NCBI RefSeq assembly: GCF_009834535.1
Contig: NC_045697.1
Coordinates: forward strand, 100,070,001 to 100,134,000
Reading direction: 5' to 3'
Source of the DNA: Camelus ferus
Taxonomy: Eukaryota
Length of the DNA stretch: 64,000 nucleotides
Part shown: in pieces, positions 11,245-22,550 of the stretch
Layout of the letters: each line of letters opens with the position of its first letter
How positions within the stretch are numbered: the stretch's first letter is position 1
The notes under the pieces: model-generated
Seen by the model: only the letters and a program-made list of their open reading frames with translations
What the model was told of the DNA's origin: nothing
Database searches by the model: none
Position numbers and translations under genes: made by a program

Positions 11245-12223
11245 AAGTGAGAGCTATATTGTAGATATATAATCTCCTCCTCCTCCTCCTTCTTGTTTTT
11301 TGGGCAATAGTCCAGGAATCAATTCAGCTCACAAGAAGCCAAAAATTTCAGCTCACAACTAAATGGTAAGCCAACCAAAGAGCTCATCATGGAGTGGTTT
11401 TATTACTCTCAGATAGGCCTGGTACAGAAAGGAGGCACAGATAAGAGCTGACTTAGAGTTCTAGAGCGATAGCTCACAGCACCTGCAAATTCCCACCTTC
11501 ACACCTGTCTTCTCAGCTACCAGCCTCAGCAGATTTCATGGATTCATTCTCGCCATGGTGTTTTCTAAATCGGAATGTGTGAATTGAAAGAAAAAAGGGC
11601 TGTGGGGACTGCTGTAACTATGGGCTGCTGAATTCATGATGCTATTTTGGAAATTGACTGTCCTGCACAGCTCGAGGCAAAGACGAGGTCAGATCAATAA
11701 AAATAGAGATTTGCCAAAAATGGTTCCACTTCCATGATGTGACATTGCATCAACCACAGTATCTAATCATTTTCCATTTTAAAACTTAAAAAAGTGATCT
11801 GAAGGCATTTGGAATTGTTCTTTACTCTGTCCTAGGTTTTTATTGAACTTGGTTTGTTTGATAATTTTTAAAAGCAGGAATGTGTCCTTTAATCAAGGCA
11901 GAGGCTTTACTTTGAGGCCGTAATAATACAAATCAAAATGCTGTCACTGAAACATTTAGAAGGTTCCCTGTAGATAGTACTAATTGGGCAAAGTAACTAT
12001 TAATAATATAAATATTTACTAAAATTTATCTTCTCCCCTGAGAAAGCTAATACAAAACTCATGCAAAAATAACAATGGCCTCTACTGAATTCTTAACGAC
12101 AACTCTTTGATGTAAGTATTACTATTCTTGTTTTACAGATGAAAAGAAAAAACCTCTTAGTCCATTTGACACAGTAGTATAATACCTACTTGACACATTT
12201 TCTTTCTTGGCTTCATGCATTGT

Positions 12224-13535
12224 AAAGACATTGAGAGAATTTAAACAGGGAGTAATATGATCTGCTTAATATTTTAAAAGATAATTCTTGCTGTTAAGTG
12301 AAGAACAGATTGGTATGACAAAGGGTGGAGGTAATCCAGAAGAAACTACTGCAGCAAAAGAGGTGAAACACGGTGGCGGCTTGTTGTAATAGGAATGGAG
12401 GTAAGAGGACAAACTGAAGTAATCTTTAAGTTTTTATTACTTTTTAATTTTTATACAATTTTAAAGGTTACTTTCCATTTATAGTTATTACAAAAGATTG
12501 GCTATATTCCCAGTACATCTTTGAGCCTATCTTATACCCACAGTTTGTACCACTCATTCCTCTACCCCCATATTGCCTACCACTCCCCACTGGTAAACAC
12601 TAGTTTGTTCTCTGTTTGTAAGTCTGCTTCTTTTATGTTATATTCACTCGTTTGTTGTATTTTTTAGATTACACATATAAGCAATATCATATAGTATTTG
12701 TCTCTCTCTGCCTGACTTATTTCATTTAGCATAATGCCCTCCAAGGCCATCCACATTGCTACAAATGGCAACATTTTGTTCTTTGTTATGGCTGAGTAGT
12801 ATTCCACTGGAGATATCTATCTATCTATATAACTATCTATATTTATATCTATATCTCACACCTTCTTTATCTATTCATCTGTTGGACACTTAGGTTGCTT
12901 CCATGTCTTGGCAATTGTAAATAGTGCTGCTATGAACATTGGAGTGCATGTATCTTTTTGAGTTAGTGTTTTTGGTTCCTTTGGATATATACCCAAGAGT
13001 GGAACTGCTGGGTCACATGGTAGTTCTATTTTTGATTTTTTTTTGAGAAACCTCCATCCTGTTTTCCACAGTGGCTGCACCAACTTACATTCCCACCAAC
13101 ACTGTACAAGGGTTCCCATTTCTCCACATCTTTGCCAACATTTGTTATTTGTCTTCTTTCTGATGATGCACTGAAATAATATTTTAGAAGAAGGATATAA
13201 GAGAAAGGAGGAAGTAACTCCCATATGTATTGAGCAACATGGGTACCACTTACTGAGCTGGAGAAACTGGAGGACGAACAGGTGGGGATAGATCAAAGTT
13301 CAGTTTTGTGTATGCTGTGTTTGAGCTGCCTGTAAGATGTCCAAGGGAGACGGCAATTGGCAGCCAGATATAGGAGTCTGGAGTTTAGAGGCGAGGCCAT
13401 GACTATCATTAAATTTTGGAGGCTTCAACATAACGAAGGTATTTTAAACCACGTGAGTAGATGAGGTTTTCTAGAGACTGCAGAGAGAGAAGATAACGCC
13501 AGGGGCAGAGCTCCTGGGAACAGCAAAAACTAGAG
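12224..13535 (-). mobile_element. L2 internal fragment split by the L1 at 12428-13169
   Basis: Purine-rich L2 antisense motifs: tttaaacagggagtaatatgatctg, agttcagttttg, tttgagctgcctgtaagatgtccaa. Confidence 0.65.
12428..13169 (-). mobile_element. 5'-truncated L1 (ORF2 C-terminus + 3' UTR), same subfamily as 10776-11244, inserted into an L2
   Basis: ORF 12871-13296 gives L1 ORF2 C-terminal motifs ([35 protein letters not shown]). TSD actgaagtaatcttt (12413-12427) / actgaaataatattt (13170-13184). Confidence 0.93.
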
Positions 13536-13536
13536 C

Positions 13537-13852
13537 CAGAGACTCAAACAGGTGCCCCCACCATAATTTGTTTGGCTCACACAATGTCTTTTTTTTTTTT
13601 TTTAATGTGAATTAGTTACCAATATTTAAAAGTCAAGCTGTTTTACATACAAAATTGAAATTTATCTTGGAAAAAGCAGTATCCAGCAATATATGTCCAA
13701 TTCCCGGATGGAAATCCCTGGGGGAACCCGAGTGAACGCTGCCCCACCTAGCTCAGGGCACAGAGGCTCATGGCCACCACAGCCATCCAGCAGTCTCTGC
13801 ACTGGTTCACATACTTGCTTGGCCAGTGCAGGCATCTGAGTTTGAAATCTCA
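13537..13852 (-). mobile_element. MER102-like hAT-Charlie element
   Basis: tttgtttggctcacaca, gaattagttaccaatatttaaaa, gctgccccacctag and ggcatctgagtttga match the reverse complement of recalled MER102. Confidence 0.65.
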
Positions 13853-14403
13853 CATTTAGGGAGAGAGCAGACGAATAGCAGAGGGGGGTCCCAAATAAAC
13901 TGCAAATAGCCAGGCGGAGTAAAAGAATATTGTGTCATTGATTAACTTCCTTCTTTTCTTTTAGATACATTCTGCTTTTTTTTTTTCCACCTCCTTTATA
14001 GGCACAGACTCAAAATTTTAAATCCGTACCCAAGAAAATGAGATACCATATTACTGAATTGGTTGGGGTGGATTTAAAGACTGATCCCAAATCATCTAAT
14101 TCTCAGCCTTGAATCTCGTCATTGCAGTTACAGAGCATCTGATTAGATGGTGAGCAGAAAGCACTCTGTTTTAAATGGAGCTTTGTGACTTATTTTATTG
14201 ACCCATAACTACTACTTTCATATATTTCTACATTTAATTCTAAGTAAAATCCATCAGTAGCCTTCTTGTGGTTAACCAAAACAATTCTTAGTGGTGGGGT
14301 TTGTTTTATTAATTCCACTTAGTCTGTAAATTATTAATATCTTTGGTCTATTCCTTTCCTCTTAAATACATAAAATGTTACCTAAAGTGTCATAGGTTTT
14401 CCT

Positions 14404-15116
14404 TCTACACTGTTCGTAGGAATGTAAATTGGTGCAGCCACTATGGAGAACAGTATGGAGATTCCTCGAAAAACTAAAAATAGAGTTGCCATATGATCTA
14501 GTAATCCCACTCCTGGATACGTATACAGAAAAGATGAAAACTCTAATTGGAAAAGATACATGCATCCCAATATTCTAACAGCACTATTTGCAATAGCTAA
14601 GATATGGAAGCAACCTAAATGTCCATTGACAGATGAATGGATAAAGAAGTTGTGGTATATTTATACAATGGAATACTCAGCCACAAAAAAGAATGAAATA
14701 ATGCCATTTGCAGCAACTAGATAGACTTAGAGATTGTCATATTAAGTGAAGTAAGTCAGACAGAGAAAGACAAATATCATATGATGGAGTCTAAAAATGA
14801 TACAAATGAACTTATTTACAACATGGAAACAGACTCACAGACATAGAAAACAAATTTATAGTTACCAAAAGGGAAAGGGGTGGGGAGGGATAAATTAGGA
14901 GTTTGGGATTAGCTGATACAAACTACTATATATAAAATGGATAAAAAACAAGGTCCTACTGTAGAGCACAGGAAACTATATTCAATATCTTGTAATAACC
15001 TGTAATGAAAAAGAATATGAAGAAGAATAATATGTATGTGTATAACTGAATCACTATGCTGTACACCAGAAACTAACACAACACTATGAATCAACTATAC
15101 TTCAATTAAAAAAAAT
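14404..15116 (+). mobile_element. 5'-truncated L1 (ORF2 C-terminus + 3' UTR + A tail)
   Basis: tacactgttcgtaggaatgtaaattggtgcagccactatgg...tcaactatacttcaattaaaaaaa. Imperfect TSD aagtgtcataggttt / aagagtcacaggttt. Confidence 0.92.
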
Positions 15117-15439
15117 AAGAGTCACAGGTTTCCCTTTATAAAATGGACATTGCACAGTTGTAGTTCCACTGTGGTTTGTATAACTGTCCATAACGGGCCT
15201 GGCTTAACGTTCCCTCCAACCCGCGACCTGTCCTGTCTGGTCTCTGGGGCATGCAAGTCCTGTCTTTCTCACTTTCCTGGCTCAGCCCCATCCATTGTCA
15301 GTGTTCCCATTTCAGAGCCCCATGCACTCCTTCACAAGTAGGAAGCACTTGGTAAATGTCTGCAGCGGTGCAAATGAACTGAAGTTCCTCTCTGGACACA
15401 TACATAGGGCATCAGGTTTTGTATTTTATTAACTAATCA

Positions 15440-15700
15440 CAATATTGGTGCCTGCTGAGTACTTAGTATATGCCAGGGACTATGCTAAGTACTTTAAGTA
15501 GATTGTCTAATTTAATAGTCACAGTTTACCTATGACATAAGAAGAATTATTATTTCTATTTTCAAGTGATAAAACTAAGGCTCAGAAAGGCTCAGATAAA
15601 AATCTTTGGAGCTTACATGGTAGTAAGAGTTGGATCCAGAATTCACACAGATGTGGGTCTGTCTGACACTGGAGTCCATGAACCTGATCATATCTACTCT
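15440..15700 (-). mobile_element. MIR SINE
   Basis: tgagtacttagtatatgccaggg...attattatttctattttcaagtgataaaactaaggctcaga...gtctgtctgacactggagtcc. Confidence 0.75.
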
Positions 15701-17158
15701 TCAGAGCTGAGATTCCTAGCCTGAAGACTACTGGACTTGCAGGGGAGTCCAGGTACCTAAAATTACCTACTTTTATGGTTATGTGCATATATGCATTTTT
15801 CTGGTCAGAGGGTTGCTTTTATCAGATTTTCACAGAAACCAGAAAAGGCTAAGAAGTATCCACTTAAGAGGTTCTGCAACCTGGGTGAGTGGACACGTTG
15901 CTGGATTCAACAAGCATGGCTTGGTTTTTTTAAAAAAATGTGTATTTTGGTTTACATTTCACTGACTATGTGTTTTACTAACTTGACAGGATGATTTTCA
16001 TATGCAGTCACTGCTTTCCTAGTTAATTGTTTCTATATGATGGTTATTCAAAGTGAAAGCAGAAAATTATCCTTCCCAGAATGAGGTTTGATATTTACTC
16101 TACGGCCTGACTTATGAAAGGAGGCATAGAGCTGTAGCAGGCTGGAATAAGCCCTCTCTGTTACGAATTAACAAACACTGCCCTCAGAATAAGTGTTCGC
16201 TGTGTTGAGAGAAAATGAGGGGGTGATGAATATAGTTCCCCAGGTGTCCTGATTCTCCAGGAGGTTTGGTGGACACATGCTCAGAGCTGTTCTGCATCAC
16301 AGAAAAGCTTATTTCCCCCATGTACTGGAAAAACAAGTTTTCAAAGAAAAACAGCATCCTTCTGTCCACTGATCCTGATGCTTATCTTCTTGAACATAGG
16401 ACATCGTTTCCAATCACCCTGTATTACACAAAAGCATCACAGGAAAGACACACAACCAGACTGGCCGACTTACAATGTTGCTATCTTTTCATTTCTTTTC
16501 AGGATTAAAGTTTCTTAGGGCTGGGGCACTGCAGATCTATTTCCCCAGCGTGTCTTAGTGGGGAAGTTAATTCGATTCCAAATGCAGAGTGTTTTTAATA
16601 AGAAAATGTGTTCCTTTCACATGCGTTCCTTACTTTTGCCTCTTTTGCTTAGAATTTCTCAGGAGATAACTTCTGATTTGGTTTAAATTTTCCTCCTTAT
16701 GAGTGGCTTTTGCTGTGACGATGGTAAGCCTTTTGGGTCACTTTCTTTAGAGGCTGTGCAATAATGTTAATAATAATAGCTGTGTCAGGCATTGCAATTA
16801 CATATGTCCTGCATATCACCTTCACAGCGATGCTCTGGATAGGTGTATGATCAACCTCATGACTGCTTCACATTTTACAGGTGAAGTCAACTTGTCCAAG
16901 GTCAAGAACATAGAAAGGGGCAGAAATGGAATCTCAACCCAAGTTGGTGCTCTTGACAGCTGTGCTATTCTGCGATGGCAGAGCTGTTAGACTTCTACTT
17001 GGCTGCTAAGTTGTTCCCATAAACAATGCTCGGCCACCTTAGAGAACCAAGCCTTCTAGGCTTACAACATAAATTCAGACATTGGGCCAAATGACCCCTA
17101 ACAGTTGTCCAGCTTCAACTGGCACTTTTGTCTTTCAAAACTCTTGCTCCATAATTAT

Positions 17159-17293
17159 TTTTTTGCGGAGGGGTGGGGATTAGGTTGATTTATGTATTTG
17201 TCTTAATTTTTTTAAATAGAGGTACTGGGGATTGAACCCAGGACCTTGTGCATGCTAAGCACATGCTCTACCACTGAGCTACACCCACTCCCC
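17159..17293 (-). mobile_element. tRNA-Ala-derived SINE (camelid vic-1 type)
   Basis: The minus strand has A box TAGCTCAGTGG, an AGC anticodon-like loop, B box GGTTCAATCC and an AT-rich tail. TSD ttgctccataattat (17144-17158) / atgttccataattat (17294-17308). Confidence 0.88.
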
Positions 17294-17884
17294 ATGTTCC
17301 ATAATTATAAATAAAAAACATGGTGAGCTCAAATCAGGAAAATTTTTTATCACCTGGGGAGGTTTAAAGCATTGATTTCATTCTGACTTAGTAAAGGAGA
17401 ATTTCCTGGAAGTTTATACATTAAATTAGATCACAACTTACGATTTCACTCTGCTTTTCTCTCTTCATCACTGGTTTTCTTTCCCTGTGCCACTTCACCC
17501 AGCAGGAGAAAGATTTTCTCCAATTGCTCAAACTCCTTATGATTTCACTAACAATTCATTCATTGAGTAATTCCTTACTAAGTGTTGAAAGAAAGGACAA
17601 TGTGATTTTGGCATTAGTTTTACGTTAGTTTTTGCAGGAAAGAAGGCATAATCTAGTGAATATGCATGTTGTTAACAGTTATTTTACAATTCCTAGTTAA
17701 CACTACCTACAGAAAATCTTAAGCATTAAGCATAGTATCTGTTATATGGAAGGCTCTCCATAAATGTGACTATGACTGGAATGAAAAACGAGTAAAAAAG
17801 GGAAAGCTACCAGATGGATTTAGAGAGACAGGCAGATACCACGCAGACATCTGTTTTTGCAGTTATATGAAATTATCCATAGAC

Positions 17885-18230
17885 TTCATTTATTTATTCA
17901 TCAATTTATTTAATCGCTCATTTATTCAATGGGAATTTACTGAACACTTAATAGGTATACAGCAGTGTTGATGAGCTTTGGAGGAAATAAAGATGAACTA
18001 AACAAAGGTTCTGCTTTTAAGCTGAATTTGATCTAGTAAAAGAGATCAGACTTGTGTATATATAAATTTAATACAAGGTGATACATGCCAAAAAAGAGTT
18101 GTATAAATAAAATGCTAAAGAAACAGAAAGGTGATGAAAATTCTACCTCCAGTTGGGTAACCAAGGTTTGTGAAGTAGGTTACAATGGAAACCAGTGGTG
18201 AGATCTGATTAGCATTGGGAAGTACTATTG
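17885..18230 (-). mobile_element. L2 3' fragment
   Basis: cattcatt-like tail followed by tttactgaacactta...aaggttctgcttttaagc. Confidence 0.55.
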
Positions 18231-18509
18231 GGAGACAGGGGAGATGGTATTTTTATCAGGAGAGCCAACCTGACTAGGAGTCGTCAGAGCAAATTTCAAG
18301 GCATGTGGATGGTTCAATTTGGCGAGCTGAGGATATGGAGAACCCTTCGGCAAAGTGCCAGATCTAGCCTGTAGGTACTCTGCCCCCTTCCTGCGCTCAG
18401 TGCTCTCCTGTTTCCTAGGAAACCCTTTGCCACGGGTTCCTCCAGTCTTCCAAACATTTTTTTTTTCCCTGTAAATCAACTTCACTGAAGCATAATTTTG
18501 ATGAGCTTT

Positions 18510-18691
18510 TGTCATTCTTGTTTTTTTTTTTTAATTGAAGTACCGTCAGTTACAATGTGTCAGTTTCTGGTATACAGCACAATGTCCCAGTCATGCATAT
18601 ACATACATATATTCATTTTCATATTCTTTTTCATTAAAGGTTATTACAAGATATTGAACATAGTTCCCTGTGCTATAACAGCAGAAACTTT
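18510..18691 (-). mobile_element. Short, young L1 3' end
   Basis: Poly-T then aattgaagtaccgtcagttacaatg. 17-bp TSD taattttgatgagcttt (18493-18509) / taactttgatgagcttt (18692-18708). Confidence 0.88.
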
Positions 18692-18886
18692 TAACTTTGA
18701 TGAGCTTTGATGGATGTGATGGATGGATGTACCCGTGCAATCACCTTTACTATCCTGACAGTATTCAAAGTGCTAAACATTTCTACTTCCTCCCAAAGCC
18801 TTCTTGTGCCCCTTTATGGTCATTCCTTCCCTTTGTCCCTGGCCCCACATAACACCTGATCTGTTTTCCTTTTTATAACACTTTAT

Positions 18887-19093
18887 CAGGGTTTTTCAAT
18901 ATTGGTATAATTGATGTTAGAGGTTAGATAATTCTTTGTTGTGGGGAAAATGTCCTGTAAATTGTAGGATGTTTTGTGGCATTCTTGGTCTCTACCCACT
19001 GAATGCCAATAGCACCACCCCCCTCCTCAGCTGTGACAATTGCCAAATGCCACCCCACCAGGGGGAAAAATCATCTCCAGTGGACAATCATGG
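18887..19093 (-). mobile_element. MER20 hAT-Charlie MITE
   Basis: ataattctttgttgtgggg...tgtaggatgttt...ctctacccactgaatgccaatagcacc...ggggaaaaatca matches the reverse complement of recalled MER20. Confidence 0.85.
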
Positions 19094-19470
19094 CTCTAGA
19101 TTAAGACGCATTTTCTATAATTTTATACACATGAAATTTTACAGTATGTACTCTTTTGTGTCCGGTTTCTTTCATTCAGTGTACTCATTTTGAAATCCAG
19201 CCATGATGTTGCATGTATCAATAGTTCACTCCTTCTTACTGCTGCATAGTCATCCATTGTATGGATATACCACAGTTTACTTATTCATTCATAAGCTGAT
19301 GATCATTTGAGTTACTTCCAGTGTTTGCCTCCTGTGAATAAAGCTGCTATGAACATTTGTGTGCAAGTCTTTTTGAGGACATACATTTTCATTTCTCTTG
19401 GGTAAATACCTAGAAGTGCATTGCTGGGTCCATATGGTGAGTATATGTAACTATATAAGAAACTGCCAAA

Positions 19471-20430
19471 TTTTTTTTTTTGGTAGCAAAAAACCACAGC
19501 ATATTAAATTCACTCTCAAAACAACCTCCAAGTATACAGTACAATATTGTCAACGACATGCACACTATTGTGCAACAGATCCCTTTAACCTCACCATCCT
19601 GAATGATTCCTGCAAAATAAGGGTCCAATTTCTTTCTTTTGCATGTAGATTTCCAGTTTTCCCAACACCATTTGTCGAGAAGAATATTCTTCCTCATTGT
19701 GTAGTTTCGACACCCTAGTCACAGAGCATTTGACCAAATATATGAGGGTTTATTTCTGGGCTCTCTGTTCTGTTTCACTGGTCTGTATGTTTCTATGCCA
19801 GTACTACACTGTTTTAATTATGGTAGCTTTGTAATATATTTTGAAATTGAGAAATGTGAGGCCTCTAGCTTTGTTCTTCTTAGGATCCTTTTGGCTAGTC
19901 AGGGTCCTCTGAGATTCCATATTAATTTTAGGATTTTTTTCCTATTTCTGTAAAAAAATAGCATTGGGATTCTGATGGAGATTGCATTGAATCTGTAGAT
20001 TGCTTTGGGTAGTATGAACATTTTAACAATATTAAGTTTTCCAATCCACACATAGGAGATATCTTTCCATTTATTGTGTCTTTTAAATCCCTTTCAGAGC
20101 AATGTTCTGTAGTTTTTAGTGTAAAAGTTTTTTATCTCCTTAGTTAAGTTTATTCCTAAGTACTTTATTCTTTTTGATGCTGTTGTAAATGAGATTGTTT
20201 TCTTAATTTTCTTTTCATGGTTGTTCATTGTTAGTGTATGGAGAAACCACAGATGTGTGTGTGTGTGTGTGTGTGTTTACTGTTTTTTGTGGGGGAGGTA
20301 GTTTTGTTGATTTTATTTTCTAATAGATTTACCGGGGTTTTTGTGTGTTTGGTCAAATGCCTTTTCTGCATCAATTGAGATGATCACATTATTTTTATGC
20401 TTTGTTCTACTAAAGTGGTGTACCACTTGT
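19471..20430 (-). mobile_element. L1 (3' end joined to an ORF2 segment across an internal deletion), containing a (TG)n tract near 20254-20276
   Basis: ORF 19410-19697 gives KWCWENWKSTCKRKKLDPY. Antisense ORF2 sequence (attgcattgaatctgtagattgctttgggtagtatg) is present. Confidence 0.85.
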
Positions 20431-22446
20431 GGAGCTCTATGACCCACATCAAGTCAATTTTACATCTGGTACAAGGTAAAGGTTGGTGTTCGTTTTCTCC
20501 CAACATTTTTGTAGTCTATTTCTGGTATTACGCTCCCTTATTTTGAAATACCTAGAGTGATTTCCACTTTCCTGACTGGCTTCATTATATATAGGCAATG
20601 AGGTTGGAAAGATAGGCTGCAGTAAAACTGAAGAGTGATTTGAATGCCAGGTTGAAGTGTCATGACTTTATCTAATATACATGAATTATATTATATTTAT
20701 GCATAGAAAGTACTTGCTTAAAAACTACTGAAAGTAAACAATCTCAGTTCCCTTACCAGTAAAATAGTGACAGTAATACTTTTTTGGGAGCCTGTAATGA
20801 AATCTGGTACGTTGGGGTGTGTGTGTGTGTGAGAGTGGGTACACACACACCTACACAGGGCTTCACTTCACAGTGTGTCTGGCACGTGCTATGTGAGATA
20901 ATATGCAGCTATTATTGTATTTAGTACATTGACTGAGAACCTGCTTTCTTCTGATCTCATTAAGCCTCTCGGATTCCTCCTTTGTCTATCAATGTCCTGA
21001 TGAAGAATGCCCTTTCTTTCCCTGGCACTGTTTCCCCACTGCTTCTGTACTGTTCTATTTCTTCTGTGTTACTGATGTAGGTGGCTGCATCAACCTTTCG
21101 TAAAGAGCTCAATTGCCATGTGACAGCCTTATTCCTCCTATGTGTACAAGTGTCACCCTGGTACAAGATAGTCCGATATAAGAGCCAAGAGAAACTGGAG
21201 AACAGGCTCTGATGGAAACACAGAGTTTAGTTTAAAGGTCAAGTCGCGGGACACAGCGAAGTAGGGAATTCTTTACTTCACTCTGGGGGGGGGGGGGTGG
21301 GGTGCGGAGGACAGAAATAGGAACAGTTTCTTACACGTAATGTTTTCAAAAAGAAAGAAGCATTTTAAATGGTGAATCTGTTGAAATACAAGTCCTCAAG
21401 CAGAGCGCAAGCAAATTACAAGGTAAATCAACAGCTCAGCCAGGGACTGAACACTGCCAGGAGCACGTTCGGGGCTCTACAGACAGGTGTCATTTCACAG
21501 CAACCTGTTCTACTACCACAACCGATTTAAGGTTTTTTAAAAATTTTTTAATTTTAAAAAACTGAAGTATAAGATTAAAGGTTTTTAACATAGTTGTTTC
21601 CAACCCTTCTGACTACCTACTATCCCATAAAACACATGGAGACACCTGTTTAAAAAACTTCAAGACTGCAAGTCATTTGTTTGGAAGAACCCCAGATGGC
21701 CTCGACTTTCTCCAGTAAATACTGCATCATTCACTTTTGGCTGGTTGGAGAACAGGTCACAACCTGGTGTTCTGGGGCTGGAGGGGTGGGCTCAAAGCAG
21801 TGGCACCAATAAGCCCTCAAGGACTGACGGACTCACTCGGAGCTGAAGAAGGCAGGCCTGATGTTTTGAACCAGATCATGAGTTGGTGTCGCAACAATAA
21901 ATTACTGAAATCCACCTAGAGGGATGTGTTTACTCGCCTCCCTGGAAAACCTAATGGATTCTATCTGATGCATATAATAGCAGGAGCAGTGTGCCAGTCA
22001 TGCATGTTATTTAATCGTAACCTAACCCATTCCTCTGGCTCACACAATGCAATTTCCAGCTCTTTGTGTTTAGAACAAAACCCAGAATTTTAATCAATAT
22101 TTGGCCGTGCAACGGGGATCCCTCACCATGAGTTTCAGGGTGAAAATAAAGGAGGTACAAAGAGGTCAGCTGTTCAACAAGGGGACGTGAAAAGGCAGAG
22201 GGAATGAGGGGGCACACTGAAATGGCCAGACATCGGTCTGCATGCCGCTCCCTTGGGGAAAGAAACCATTGCTCTTCTAATCTCTTGTGCCTCCTTCCGC
22301 TTTGTTTCGTGGCCAAGCAGATAAAGCTGGAAGAGCCTTAGTGCTTATTTCATCACGTACTTGGCCAATCAAATAAGATGATGGATAGAAAGCATTCAGC
22401 CCAGTTTCTTGTTCAGACAAGATCTTAATAAAATACAGACTGGGGT

Positions 22447-22550
22447 GGGGGAGGGGGTAGCTCAGTGGTAGAGCGCATGCTTACCATGCATGAGGTCCTG
22501 GGTTCAATCCCCAATATCTCCATTAAAAATACATAAATAGAATTTTAAAA
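22447..22550 (+). mobile_element. tRNA-Ala-derived SINE (vic-1 type)
   Basis: ggggagggggTAGCTCAGTGGtagagcgcatgcttaccatgcatgaggtcctgGGTTCAATCCccaatatctcc plus an A-rich tail. Confidence 0.88.

Larger units (their letters stand above)
18455..19480 (-). mobile_element. Old L1 (L1MB/MC-like) 3' region hosting nested insertions
   Basis: ORF 19312-19497 gives L1 ORF2 motifs (LLGIYPREMK...TCTQMFIAALF), plus typical antisense 3' UTR sequence. Confidence 0.8.

Noticed and set aside
17215..17290. tRNA-Ala(AGC)-like sequence (also at 22447, 29771 and 33537) as true tRNA genes
   Set aside because: AT-rich tails, TSDs and acceptor-stem mismatches identify them as SINEs.
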